A DNA stretch of 41,761 nucleotides from a virus (taxonomy: Duplodnaviria > Caudoviricetes). The translations under genes and the position numbers were made by a program. The notes under the pieces were generated by a model, which had not been told where the DNA came from, did no database searches, and worked only from the letters and a program-made list of their open reading frames with translations. The DNA is taken from positions 1 to 41,761 of IMG/VR virus record IMGVR_UViG_3300049193_000008; one strand, given 5' to 3'. Shown piece after piece: positions 27,664 through 35,373 of this stretch (position 1 is the stretch's first letter; each line of letters opens with the position of its first letter).

Positions 27664-27896
27664 TCATGCGCCTGTCCGCCTGGCTAGCCCTTCGCTGTAA
27701 GGAACCACTATTCCAGCAGTTCCTGCGCGTCCCGAACGAGGCGCTGGCCGTTACGTCCGTGCGCGCCATCTGCGAAGTGAAGAGCCGGGCGGAAGTCGAT
27801 ACTGATCCTCGCGCCCAGCAGCGATTCCACGATTTCATCCGTAAGCCATACCTGAAGTTCACTGAAGACCAACGAAAGGAAGCAAGCAATGTTTGA
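27660..27896 (+). CDS. Hypothetical protein
   Basis: VRAICEVKSRAEVDTD motif common in phages; overlapping start/stop. Confidence 0.6.
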   Translation: MIMRLSAWLALRCKEPLFQQFLRVPNEALAVTSVRAICEVKSRAEVDTDPRAQQRFHDFIRKPYLKFTEDQRKEASNV

Positions 27897-28413
27897 ACTG
27901 CCAAAACAGCAGGTGAAGTTGATCAAGGCGTCCACGCCGATGGAAAACCACGGTAAGGATTACAAGCTTGCATGCGTGCTGACTGTCGAAGCGACGATGT
28001 CGAACAATGCGCTGGAGCTGTTCGCGGCAGGCTTGCGCGATTCGTTGTACCGCATGGCCGCCAAGGAAGACCAGGTCGACCTGGTCACGGACCCGGACGG
28101 CCCGACTGTGCTGCGCTTCCCCAAGATGTCGCCATTCGACTGGGATTACACCGGCACCGGCTACACGGCAATCGTGGACTACGGCCTGGGCGGCGACAGT
28201 GATATCAAGCTGACCGACGCCAAGGTTGACGCGTTCCAGCTCACGCCGATGGAAGGCGGCTCGATCGTTGTGCGCTTCAACGTGGTGGTGCATCCGTCGG
28301 CGCTGGACACCGGCCGGCTGTGCGAAAAGCAGAAGCAGAACATCGACCTGACCGTGACCGCGCCGGCCCCGGCCACCGTGCACGAGCTGTTTGGCGAAGA
28401 ACAAGCCGCCTGA
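27889..28413 (+). CDS. Hypothetical protein
   Basis: 174 aa with strong codon bias, within the operon. Confidence 0.7.
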   Translation: MFELPKQQVKLIKASTPMENHGKDYKLACVLTVEATMSNNALELFAAGLRDSLYRMAAKEDQVDLVTDPDGPTVLRFPKMSPFDWDYTGTGYTAIVDYGLGGDSDIKLTDAKVDAFQLTPMEGGSIVVRFNVVVHPSALDTGRLCEKQKQNIDLTVTAPAPATVHELFGEEQAA

Positions 28414-28424
28414 AAGGACTGACC

Positions 28425-29306
28425 ATGAGCATTCAAATCATCGAGACCAAAGCATTCACTTTGCGCGCGGGTGACCGCTATTTGCCAGGCTTCCGCAATG
28501 ACGGTACCTGGAATGGCCTGCGCAAAATGCTGGACAACCAGGGCCGCTACATCATCCTGGACGGCGATAAGGCCGTGAAGGGCACTGAATCTCTGCTGCT
28601 GGAGCTGGGCCTGCTGGCCGGCACGGACGAATACGTGACGGTACCGGAAACGACGTTGCCAACCGGCCAGGTGGTCCCAAGCTTCCAAGTCAGCAAGTAC
28701 ATGCTGGGCGAGGGTCAGAACCGCCCGCCGGTAATTTCGGCTGAGGCCAAGCCGCTGGCAAACATCAATTACGCGGCGGCCCGCAAGCTGTGCTCGGACA
28801 TCGGCGCCACGATGATCACGGAAACCCAGGCCCTGGCGATCGCGGTGAATATCGCCAGCATGGCAGTGAACTGGAGCGGTGGTGAAGTCGGCGCCGGCAA
28901 GCTGCATCGTGGCATTCATAAAGGCTCGGTGAGCACGGCCCAGCCTGGCAACGTGGAAGTTTCGGGCGAAGAACGCCGCTGGCATGAGCTGACCAATGGC
29001 CAGCGCATCTACGATTGGTCGGGGAACCTGTGGACCTGGGTTTTCGATGACGTGCAGGGTGATGCCGCTGGTCTGGTGAAGGGACGGATTGAAGCAGATT
29101 CCCCCTCGCTGCGCTGTGCGCCGGAAAACTGCCAGGAAAAAGGCGGCGGCTATGTCCCTTCGGGGCCGCTGAACTGGTCCGGCGGTGCGCTCATGCGCGG
29201 CGGCTACTGGTTCTCGGGCGACCGTGCCGGCGTCTTCCGCCTCTACTACGACTGGCCGGTCGACGGCTACTCCTACGTCGGCGTTCGCTGCACCAAGGGT
29301 CTCTGA
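28425..29306 (+). CDS. DGR target protein 3 (cassette-proximal, with N-terminal extension)
   Basis: AAGGA RBS; same paralog motifs (DWSGNLWTW.FDDVQGD); about 65 extra N-terminal residues; 3' end matches the TR. Confidence 0.9.
   Translation: MSIQIIETKAFTLRAGDRYLPGFRNDGTWNGLRKMLDNQGRYIILDGDKAVKGTESLLLELGLLAGTDEYVTVPETTLPTGQVVPSFQVSKYMLGEGQNRPPVISAEAKPLANINYAAARKLCSDIGATMITETQALAIAVNIASMAVNWSGGEVGAGKLHRGIHKGSVSTAQPGNVEVSGEERRWHELTNGQRIYDWSGNLWTWVFDDVQGDAAGLVKGRIEADSPSLRCAPENCQEKGGGYVPSGPLNWSGGALMRGGYWFSGDRAGVFRLYYDWPVDGYSYVGVRCTKGL
29176..29290 (+). repeat. DGR variable repeat VR3
   Basis: 115 nt colinear with TR; manual count gives 20 substitutions, all at TR adenines. Confidence 0.95.
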
Positions 29307-29318
29307 TCACTGGTCCCG

Positions 29319-29340
29319 GGTCGCCGCGTAAGCGGTGACC
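29319..29340 (+). other. Post-VR3 hairpin
   Basis: GGTCGCCGC-GTAA-GCGGTGACC (GNRA-type loop). Confidence 0.8.
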
Positions 29341-29375
29341 GCACTCCCACCACCAATTATTGAAAGGATATAGAA

Positions 29376-30230
29376 ATGCCAGTTCAAGAAAACCAATCCC
29401 CGACGCAGGATGAAATTCAGCAGCATGCGCTCACCAAATTCAAAGGCATCGATGTGGGCCTGGGAAAGGATGATCCGTTGGTTGGTATCGCAGCGAAGCT
29501 GGAATTGCAGTATCCGAACCACCTGATCCTGGTCCAAGCTGGCAAATTCTTGCATGCGTTTAACAAATCTGCGCATGCCCTACATACCCTGAAGGGATAC
29601 CAGCTGAAACTGCTGGGAACGGTCGATGCGCCGCATCTGCGCGTGGGCTGCCCGGCCGGCAATTTCAAAAAGCGCCTGTGGCCCATGGTGGCGGAATTTG
29701 GTATCCCGTACGTGGTGGCGTTGGGCACGCTGGCGGCCGGCCACACCGTGTATGTGTCCGACCAGGGCGGCGCCCAGTCGTCAGTGCTGGCCGCCGTGAC
29801 GCCGGAGATCGTGCAGCAGGTCATTGAGGATTTGCGCCAGCGCGGCAACCTGAACCAGGCGGCCGCCAAGAAGGTGCTGGCGAATCCAGACACGGCCGGC
29901 TTCAAGCTGAAGCAGCAGGCCCAGGCGCTGGACGCCCAGCTGCTGCAGGACATCATCAAGATGCCGCGCGATCTGCGCGTGACCTACGGTGAAAACCTGC
30001 GCGCGTGCATGGCGCGGCTAATGCGCGCCATCTTCGCTTTCGGCCTGGACAGCAACAAAACTGCGCTGCTGGCCGCTATTTCGGCCGACATCGACCTGCT
30101 GAAACACTATCTCGCCCAGGCACCGCGGCTAAGCCGTCTCAAGTTCGCATTTGAGCATCGAGTGGGCTTAACCGTTGAACTTGGGCGCTTGGTGGGCGGT
30201 CTGATCCGCGCCGACAAGGTGTCGCCATGA
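29376..30230 (+). CDS. avd: DGR accessory protein: MutS domain I-like N-terminus fused to Avd
   Basis: N-terminal QYPNHLILVQAGKFLHAF..SA..L...RVGCP resembles MutS_I. C-terminal helical KMPRDLR..YGE.LR...ELGRLVGGLIR is Avd-like. Located between VR3 and TR. Confidence 0.8.
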   Translation: MPVQENQSPTQDEIQQHALTKFKGIDVGLGKDDPLVGIAAKLELQYPNHLILVQAGKFLHAFNKSAHALHTLKGYQLKLLGTVDAPHLRVGCPAGNFKKRLWPMVAEFGIPYVVALGTLAAGHTVYVSDQGGAQSSVLAAVTPEIVQQVIEDLRQRGNLNQAAAKKVLANPDTAGFKLKQQAQALDAQLLQDIIKMPRDLRVTYGENLRACMARLMRAIFAFGLDSNKTALLAAISADIDLLKHYLAQAPRLSRLKFAFEHRVGLTVELGRLVGGLIRADKVSP

Positions 30231-31501
30231 TCAACGAAGGGGGATTTCTGGAAGGTCCAGCAATGCGCTCATACGCGGCGGCTACTGGTACTCGAACGAC
30301 AATGCCGGCGTCTTCAACCTCAACAACGACTGGCCGGACAACGACAACAACAACGTCGGCGTTCGCTGACCCAAAAATTACATGCCTGGACGGCTCGCCA
30401 AGTGCACGCCGGAGGCCTATTCTTGGTCGAGATTCTCCTGGGGGATCCCCGAAAGCAGGGCCACAAGCCAAACCGAAGACCGCGCCGGGGCCCAAGGGTG
30501 CCGGCGCGGAAAGCGGCTCCACCTTCGAACACCTGACCAGCCTGCCGCACTTGTTCCAGTGCTGGTCGAAGGCAAAACAGAACAAGTCCAACAACCTGCG
30601 CGTGCAGCGCTTCGACCAGGATCCGCTGCGGCACCTGGTGGCGATCCAGCAGCGCCTGCGCGCCGGTGCATACGATTTCGGGCCATACAAGACCTTCGTG
30701 GTGCGCGAGAAGAAGTGGCGCGATGTTGTCGACGCGCCAATGAAAGACCGCGTGGTGCATTGGATGTTGTACCAGCACTTGCTGCCGATCTGGCAGCCGC
30801 GCCTGATCGATGACACATACGGCAACCTGCCATTGCGCGGCACCCATGCAGCGGTGCGCCGGGTGGCCCAGTTCGCGCGCGGCGCCGGCGCGCAGTGGGT
30901 GCTGCAGCTGGACATCTCGAAGTACTTCTACAGCGTGCAGCACGACCTGCTGAAGGTACGCGCGCTGCGCTATATCGGCGACCAGCGCCTGCGGGAACTG
31001 ATAGTCCGCCTGGTCGGTTCGTTCCGCACTGGGGCCGGCTACGATCATTTGTTCGCCGAAGACAGCGCCTACCGCCGCACGGCGGCCAAGGGCATGCCGA
31101 TCGGCGCGCTGTCATCGCAGCTGTTCGCCAACATCTACCTGGCCGACTTCGACCGCTGGGTGAAGCAGGAGCTGGGCGTGCGGCGGTACGTGCGCTACGT
31201 GGACGACCTGGTGGTGCTGGGCGCAGACCCGGACGAACTGCGCGACGTGCGCGCCCATATGGTGGCGCGCCTGGCGGAGGATGGTCTGACGATCCACCCG
31301 CACAAGATGCGCCTGGCGCCGGCCGCCGCCGGCATTCCATACCTGGGCTATGTGGTATGGCCAAACCATGTATCGGCTGGCGCCTACATCCGTGGGCGCT
31401 ACATACGCCGGCTACGCGAGCATGAGAGCGGCATCTACGACCGCAGCGAGACGCTGCAGGCCTACGGCGCCATGCTGGCGCACACCGGGAGTTCGATATG
31501 A
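30227..31501 (+). CDS. DGR reverse transcriptase
   Basis: KDRVVH, LQLDISKYFYSV, GMPIGALSSQLFANIYL (DGR-type GxxxSQ), YVRYVDD and IPYLGY motifs. Start codon uncertain. Confidence 0.95.
   Translation: MINEGGFLEGPAMRSYAAATGTRTTMPASSTSTTTGRTTTTTTSAFADPKITCLDGSPSARRRPILGRDSPGGSPKAGPQAKPKTAPGPKGAGAESGSTFEHLTSLPHLFQCWSKAKQNKSNNLRVQRFDQDPLRHLVAIQQRLRAGAYDFGPYKTFVVREKKWRDVVDAPMKDRVVHWMLYQHLLPIWQPRLIDDTYGNLPLRGTHAAVRRVAQFARGAGAQWVLQLDISKYFYSVQHDLLKVRALRYIGDQRLRELIVRLVGSFRTGAGYDHLFAEDSAYRRTAAKGMPIGALSSQLFANIYLADFDRWVKQELGVRRYVRYVDDLVVLGADPDELRDVRAHMVARLAEDGLTIHPHKMRLAPAAAGIPYLGYVVWPNHVSAGAYIRGRYIRRLREHESGIYDRSETLQAYGAMLAHTGSSI
30254..30368 (+). repeat. DGR template repeat (TR)
   Basis: AAC-rich; 29 adenines in 18 codons of the VR frame. 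Ends GTTCGCTGACCC versus GTTCGCTGCACC in all three VRs (IMH*/IMH difference). Confidence 0.95.
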
Positions 31502-32163
31502 CCAAATCGCGCAACATACTGGGCCCGCGCACGCGGTGGACGCCGGAAATGGATCAGACCGTGCGCACGCGGTACCCGAACGAAAAGACCGCCGACATTG
31601 CCGCCGCCATGGGGCTGAGTGAGGCAAAGGTGTACTGCCGTGCGAGCCTTCTTGGCGTGAAGAAGTCGGATGAATTTATGTCAAGTGTTCTGTCGGGGCG
31701 TTTGACGCGCGCCCACGAAAAAGGGCGCACCACCTATTTTCAGAAGGGCATGGTCCCCTGGAATAAGGGCATGAAGGGGCTAATTATTGGCGGCGAAGGA
31801 ACACAGTTCAAAGCCGGAATGGCGCCGCACAACACGAGGGAAATCGGCAGCCTGAAGATCAGCAAGGACGGCACGCTGCTACAGAAGGTCAGCAACGACA
31901 AAGGCAATAACAGCAAGCGCTGGCGTGGCGTGCACGAGCTGGTATGGATAGCCGCGAACGGGCCGCTGCCGCCCGGGCATATCGTCGTGTTCAAGCCAGG
32001 GTGCCGAACTGCAGTGCTGGAGGAAATCACTATCGACAAGGTGGAATGCATCAGCCTGGTCGAAAACATGAAGCGCAACACCCGCCACAACCTGCCGAAA
32101 CCGCTGGCCGACCTGATTGCGGTCCGGGCGGCACTCACCCGCCAAATTAACAAACGGAGCTGA
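31498..32163 (+). CDS. HNH endonuclease-like protein
   Basis: FQKGMVPWNKG and FKAG..PHN repeats, VHELVW...GP.P.GHIVVFK...ECIS..ENMKRN. Confidence 0.75.
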   Translation: MTKSRNILGPRTRWTPEMDQTVRTRYPNEKTADIAAAMGLSEAKVYCRASLLGVKKSDEFMSSVLSGRLTRAHEKGRTTYFQKGMVPWNKGMKGLIIGGEGTQFKAGMAPHNTREIGSLKISKDGTLLQKVSNDKGNNSKRWRGVHELVWIAANGPLPPGHIVVFKPGCRTAVLEEITIDKVECISLVENMKRNTRHNLPKPLADLIAVRAALTRQINKRS

Positions 32164-32165
32164 TC

Positions 32166-32408
32166 ATGAGCAATGACGTTGACGCCCTGCGTACGCACTT
32201 ATTCGACACGCTGCAGAGTTTGAAGGACGGCAAGGTGTCGATCGAGAAGGCGAAGGCCATTTCTGATGTGGCCCAGACCATCATCAACACGGCCAAGGTC
32301 GAAGTCGAATATGCCAAGGCCACTGGTAAGAAGAACAGCACGTTCCTCGATAAGAAGCCTGAACTGCCACCGGGTATCACCGGGGTCCACCAACATCGCA
32401 TCAAGTGA
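32166..32408 (+). CDS. Hypothetical protein (usual partner of this HNH type)
   Basis: LRTHLFDTL..L...KAKAISDVAQTIINTAKVEV. Confidence 0.7.
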   Translation: MSNDVDALRTHLFDTLQSLKDGKVSIEKAKAISDVAQTIINTAKVEVEYAKATGKKNSTFLDKKPELPPGITGVHQHRIK

Positions 32409-32415
32409 GGAAATC

Positions 32416-32529
32416 ATGGAACAGAAACCGACTGGCCCGAACTGGCCGCTGCTGGCGGTGATCGTGGTCGTGCTGGGTTTGTGGATCGGCGGAGCCGTGA
32501 TGGCCATCGTAGCGGGGAATGGACAATGA
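32416..32529 (+). CDS. Small membrane protein
   Basis: GAGG RBS; 37 aa with one hydrophobic helix. Confidence 0.5.
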   Translation: MEQKPTGPNWPLLAVIVVVLGLWIGGAVMAIVAGNGQ

Positions 32530-33089
32530 GCAAAAGATTTGGACGGAACCAACGACGGCGTGCACGTGAAGCCCTGGCAGCAGCACAATCCAGCATCCAG
32601 AAGCTGGGTGATGCCTACGGACGTGAACGCGCCAGCTTGCGCGAGGCAGAGGCGGAAAATCGAGTACTGCAAGCGATGCTTGAAGACTTCTCGCGGGAAG
32701 TCGGCCAGTACGCACTGAATATCGGCCTTCCCACTGAATTTGAGGTTGACTGGCTTGAACGTAGGCATGTTCATGCATTCAAACTTCCAGCATATCAGCC
32801 GTTACGCCCAATTTTTGGGCCACGCTCTATGCAGACCACTGATTCCATCCACGCAGAAACCATGCGCATCCTGGAAGTCGAGGCTGTGCGTGCTCATTTT
32901 TCACATCGCATGGAAGTGCGTCTTACCTTCGACGGTGTCCCAATCGGTTACGCCATCAGTGATGCCGCACTGCTCGACCTGCCACGTAATCGCTTGATTC
33001 AGAAAATGGCGAATGAAATGGCGCACTTGCTGGTGCATGAATTGGGCCAGAAAGTGCGCCACCACGGTCATCACGGAAAACACCCATGA
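32526..33089 (+). CDS. Hypothetical protein
   Basis: MSKRFGRNQRRRAR start; ATGA overlaps on both sides. Confidence 0.65.
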   Translation: MSKRFGRNQRRRAREALAAAQSSIQKLGDAYGRERASLREAEAENRVLQAMLEDFSREVGQYALNIGLPTEFEVDWLERRHVHAFKLPAYQPLRPIFGPRSMQTTDSIHAETMRILEVEAVRAHFSHRMEVRLTFDGVPIGYAISDAALLDLPRNRLIQKMANEMAHLLVHELGQKVRHHGHHGKHP

Positions 33090-33817
33090 GAAAAGAATTG
33101 AACCCGAAGCTGTGCTGCAAACGCCAGGGCGGAATATGCGCTTGCGATCCCGATTTTTGCAGCTTTCCAACCATCATTACGTCAATTCAGCCAGCGCCTA
33201 AAGCCATGGCTGTAAAGAACTTGACCGGCTTGCCGCTGGTGATCACGTTCAATGGCATCGACGGCGACATTCCTTCAACTATTACCTTGAAGATGGCAGC
33301 GCCAGTTGAGCAGGACCAGCGATACGAAATGCTGCAGCGGTTGCTGGCCCTGGCGGAACGACTGCAAAAGCGTGTTCTGACGTGGCGCGAGTTTGAGGGA
33401 GTGGTAGCTGATCGGCTGCGTGCCGCCGCGCCTGCTGGGTATGAGCATGAGCAGTTCGAACAGTGGCTTCTAGGCGCTGCCGCTAATGAGATTCGAAAAG
33501 CCACTGGGATGCCCACAAACACACCAATCGCATGGAACCCCAATTTTTTGGCGGCGGCCCGGGGCGGTTGGAACGCTCGCGCCGCCATCGCAGCCCAGCA
33601 GCCAGCGCACGAACTGCACATCCAGGGCCGCACACCAGACGGTCGCACGGTCGACCTGCCGATCTTCGGTGGCGGCTCCCATGACGGCAAGCAGTTGATC
33701 CTGGTGGCGCTGCCGGCGCCGGATACGACCAGCCCCGTCACCTGCTGCAACGGCAACTGCAACCAGGGCCGCGACTGCCCGCTGCGCAAACCAGTAACTG
33801 CAGGGAGGGCGGAATGA
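33086..33817 (+). CDS. Hypothetical mosaic protein with C-terminal CCNGNCNQGRDCP motif
   Basis: 243 aa; ATGA overlaps on both sides. Confidence 0.55.
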   Translation: MRKELNPKLCCKRQGGICACDPDFCSFPTIITSIQPAPKAMAVKNLTGLPLVITFNGIDGDIPSTITLKMAAPVEQDQRYEMLQRLLALAERLQKRVLTWREFEGVVADRLRAAAPAGYEHEQFEQWLLGAAANEIRKATGMPTNTPIAWNPNFLAAARGGWNARAAIAAQQPAHELHIQGRTPDGRTVDLPIFGGGSHDGKQLILVALPAPDTTSPVTCCNGNCNQGRDCPLRKPVTAGRAE

Positions 33818-34023
33818 TTGAAGTTTTGAGCCGGGAAGAAGTGGAGGAGCTGACCCGCTACAAGCGCCCAAAAGAGCAAATGCAGCAGCTCGCCGAAATG
33901 GGTGTGCCGGCCACGCTTTTGCGCGATAACACCGTGCGCGTGCTGCGCGCCCATCTGACCAATCCGAATACCACGGCAGCAGGGCAAATCAGCGCGCCAC
34001 GGCGCAAATCGGCGGGCAGATGA
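33814..34023 (+). CDS. Putative excisionase (DUF4224-like)
   Basis: LSREEVEELTRYKRPKEQ..QL..MGVP motif; overlaps the integrase start. Confidence 0.75.
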   Translation: MIEVLSREEVEELTRYKRPKEQMQQLAEMGVPATLLRDNTVRVLRAHLTNPNTTAAGQISAPRRKSAGR

Positions 34024-35174
34024 ACCGCAGGCGCAGGAAAGACAAAGACCTGCCACAGCGCGTCTACGTCAAGTTCGGGGCCTATTACTTCGTGCCGGTG
34101 GAGCCGATGTATGTGCCGGCCACGAAAAAGAAACAGTCCTGGATAAAGCTGTGCCGCGTCGACGATGGGAAGAGCCGGATGCTGGTGGAACTTGCTGCGC
34201 TGATCGGCGGCCCGACAAGCGTGGCCGGCAGCATTCCGTTCCTATGCCGCGATTTCAAAGAAACCAAGCTGGCGAAGTACACGAAAGAAGTGCAGGCGCA
34301 GTATTCGCAGTACCTGGACGTTATCGCTGACGAGTTCGAAGCGTTCCACGCCAGCGAGGTCACCACCAAGGAATTCGCCGACTTCCTGCACGAGCGCTTC
34401 GGCGACATGCCGAACACGGCACAGAAATACATCGCGCTGGCGCGCAAGTTGTTCAAACACGCGATCTCGCGGCACGGCCTGCGCCAGGACAATCCTGTCG
34501 ACCAGCTGGACCCCGCCGACTTCGAAACCGCCAGGCGCGAATTCCTGCCCACGCACGACCAAGTGGCGCTAATTCGGAAATGGGGTCAGCTCGGCAAGGT
34601 GAAGGGCGATATCGGCAAGCGCGTGGCAACGAAGAGCGGGCCCATGTTCGCCTGCATTATCGACATGACCTATCTGCTATGGGCGCGCGCCATCGACATC
34701 CGGCAGCTGCGTGAAGACCAGATCGCGGACGGGCGCATCCGGATCCAGGCGACGAAGACAAAAAAGACCAGCGGCAAGGTGGTGGACTTTGTGATTACGC
34801 CGCAGATTCAGGGCGTGATTGACCGCGCCAGGGCAATCAAGGCGGGGATGGGGATGGCCGACAACGACTACCTGTTCCCGACGCGGAACGGCACGCCGTA
34901 CACGAAATCGGGCCTGTTCTCGATGTGGGATCGGGCCCGGGAGCGCGCCGGCATCACCGAGCCAGTGTGGTTCCGCGACCTGCGTGCGCTGGGCGCCACG
35001 GACGCGCTGAAGGCCGGTGAAGCGAAAACCGGCATTCAGGACCGCCTGGGCCACACGTCGCAACGGACCACGGAAATCTACTTGAAGGAGGCCGTCGCCG
35101 TGGCTTCGCAGATCGATCTGGCGCTGCCATGGGCATCTAATACCGGTGATGAAAGCGCGGAACTCCCGGGCTGA
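34020..35174 (+). CDS. int: Tyrosine integrase
   Basis: Catalytic pattern ARAIDI, K (TKTKK), FRDLR, LGHT and TEIY; LPQRVY..K.GAYY arm-binding N-terminus. Confidence 0.93.
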   Translation: MNRRRRKDKDLPQRVYVKFGAYYFVPVEPMYVPATKKKQSWIKLCRVDDGKSRMLVELAALIGGPTSVAGSIPFLCRDFKETKLAKYTKEVQAQYSQYLDVIADEFEAFHASEVTTKEFADFLHERFGDMPNTAQKYIALARKLFKHAISRHGLRQDNPVDQLDPADFETARREFLPTHDQVALIRKWGQLGKVKGDIGKRVATKSGPMFACIIDMTYLLWARAIDIRQLREDQIADGRIRIQATKTKKTSGKVVDFVITPQIQGVIDRARAIKAGMGMADNDYLFPTRNGTPYTKSGLFSMWDRARERAGITEPVWFRDLRALGATDALKAGEAKTGIQDRLGHTSQRTTEIYLKEAVAVASQIDLALPWASNTGDESAELPG

Positions 35175-35373
35175 AAGTATCGCGGCGCGGCGCTGTATAT
35201 TGGATGCTCATCAGCGAAAGCTAGCATTCATGCGGGTTGCAGCAGGTAGCCAGCGTCAATGGGGTGCAAGGGGTCGGAAGTTCGAATCTTCTCGCCCCGA
35301 CCAATAGATTCAACAGCTTGCATTGCAAACTGTACGTAAACCCACCACTGGATATTAGATGGTTATCTAATAC
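35135..35373. repeat. Probable integrase arm-type sites ATCTAATA flanking the att core
   Basis: ATCTAATAC at 35135 and 35365; inverted TATTGGAT at 35198 and TATTAGAT at 35353. Confidence 0.6.
35259..35303 (+). other. attP core: 3' half of tRNA-Pro(GGG)
   Basis: ATGGGGTGCAAGGGGTCGGAAGTTCGAATCTTCTCGCCCCGACCA gives anticodon loop, T-arm, acceptor 3' strand and CCA. No 5' half. Lies 84 nt after int. Confidence 0.88.

Noticed and set aside
22439-30368. CRISPR array or simple gene duplication explaining the 115-nt repeats
   Set aside because: The copies are dispersed, have no spacers, and differ almost only at TR adenines.
30227-31501. RT as a group II intron, retron or Abi RT
   Set aside because: It has the GxxxSQ motif, no maturase domain, an adjacent Avd, and a TR with A-specific VR differences, all of which indicate a DGR.
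21772-35136. Long minus-strand ORFs (e.g. 21772-23118, 25387-26688, 30417-31532)
   Set aside because: They are shadows of the plus-strand early operon genes.
35230-35303. Complete tRNA-Pro gene
   Set aside because: The upstream sequence cannot form the acceptor 5' strand or D-arm; only the 3' half is present, as expected for attP.
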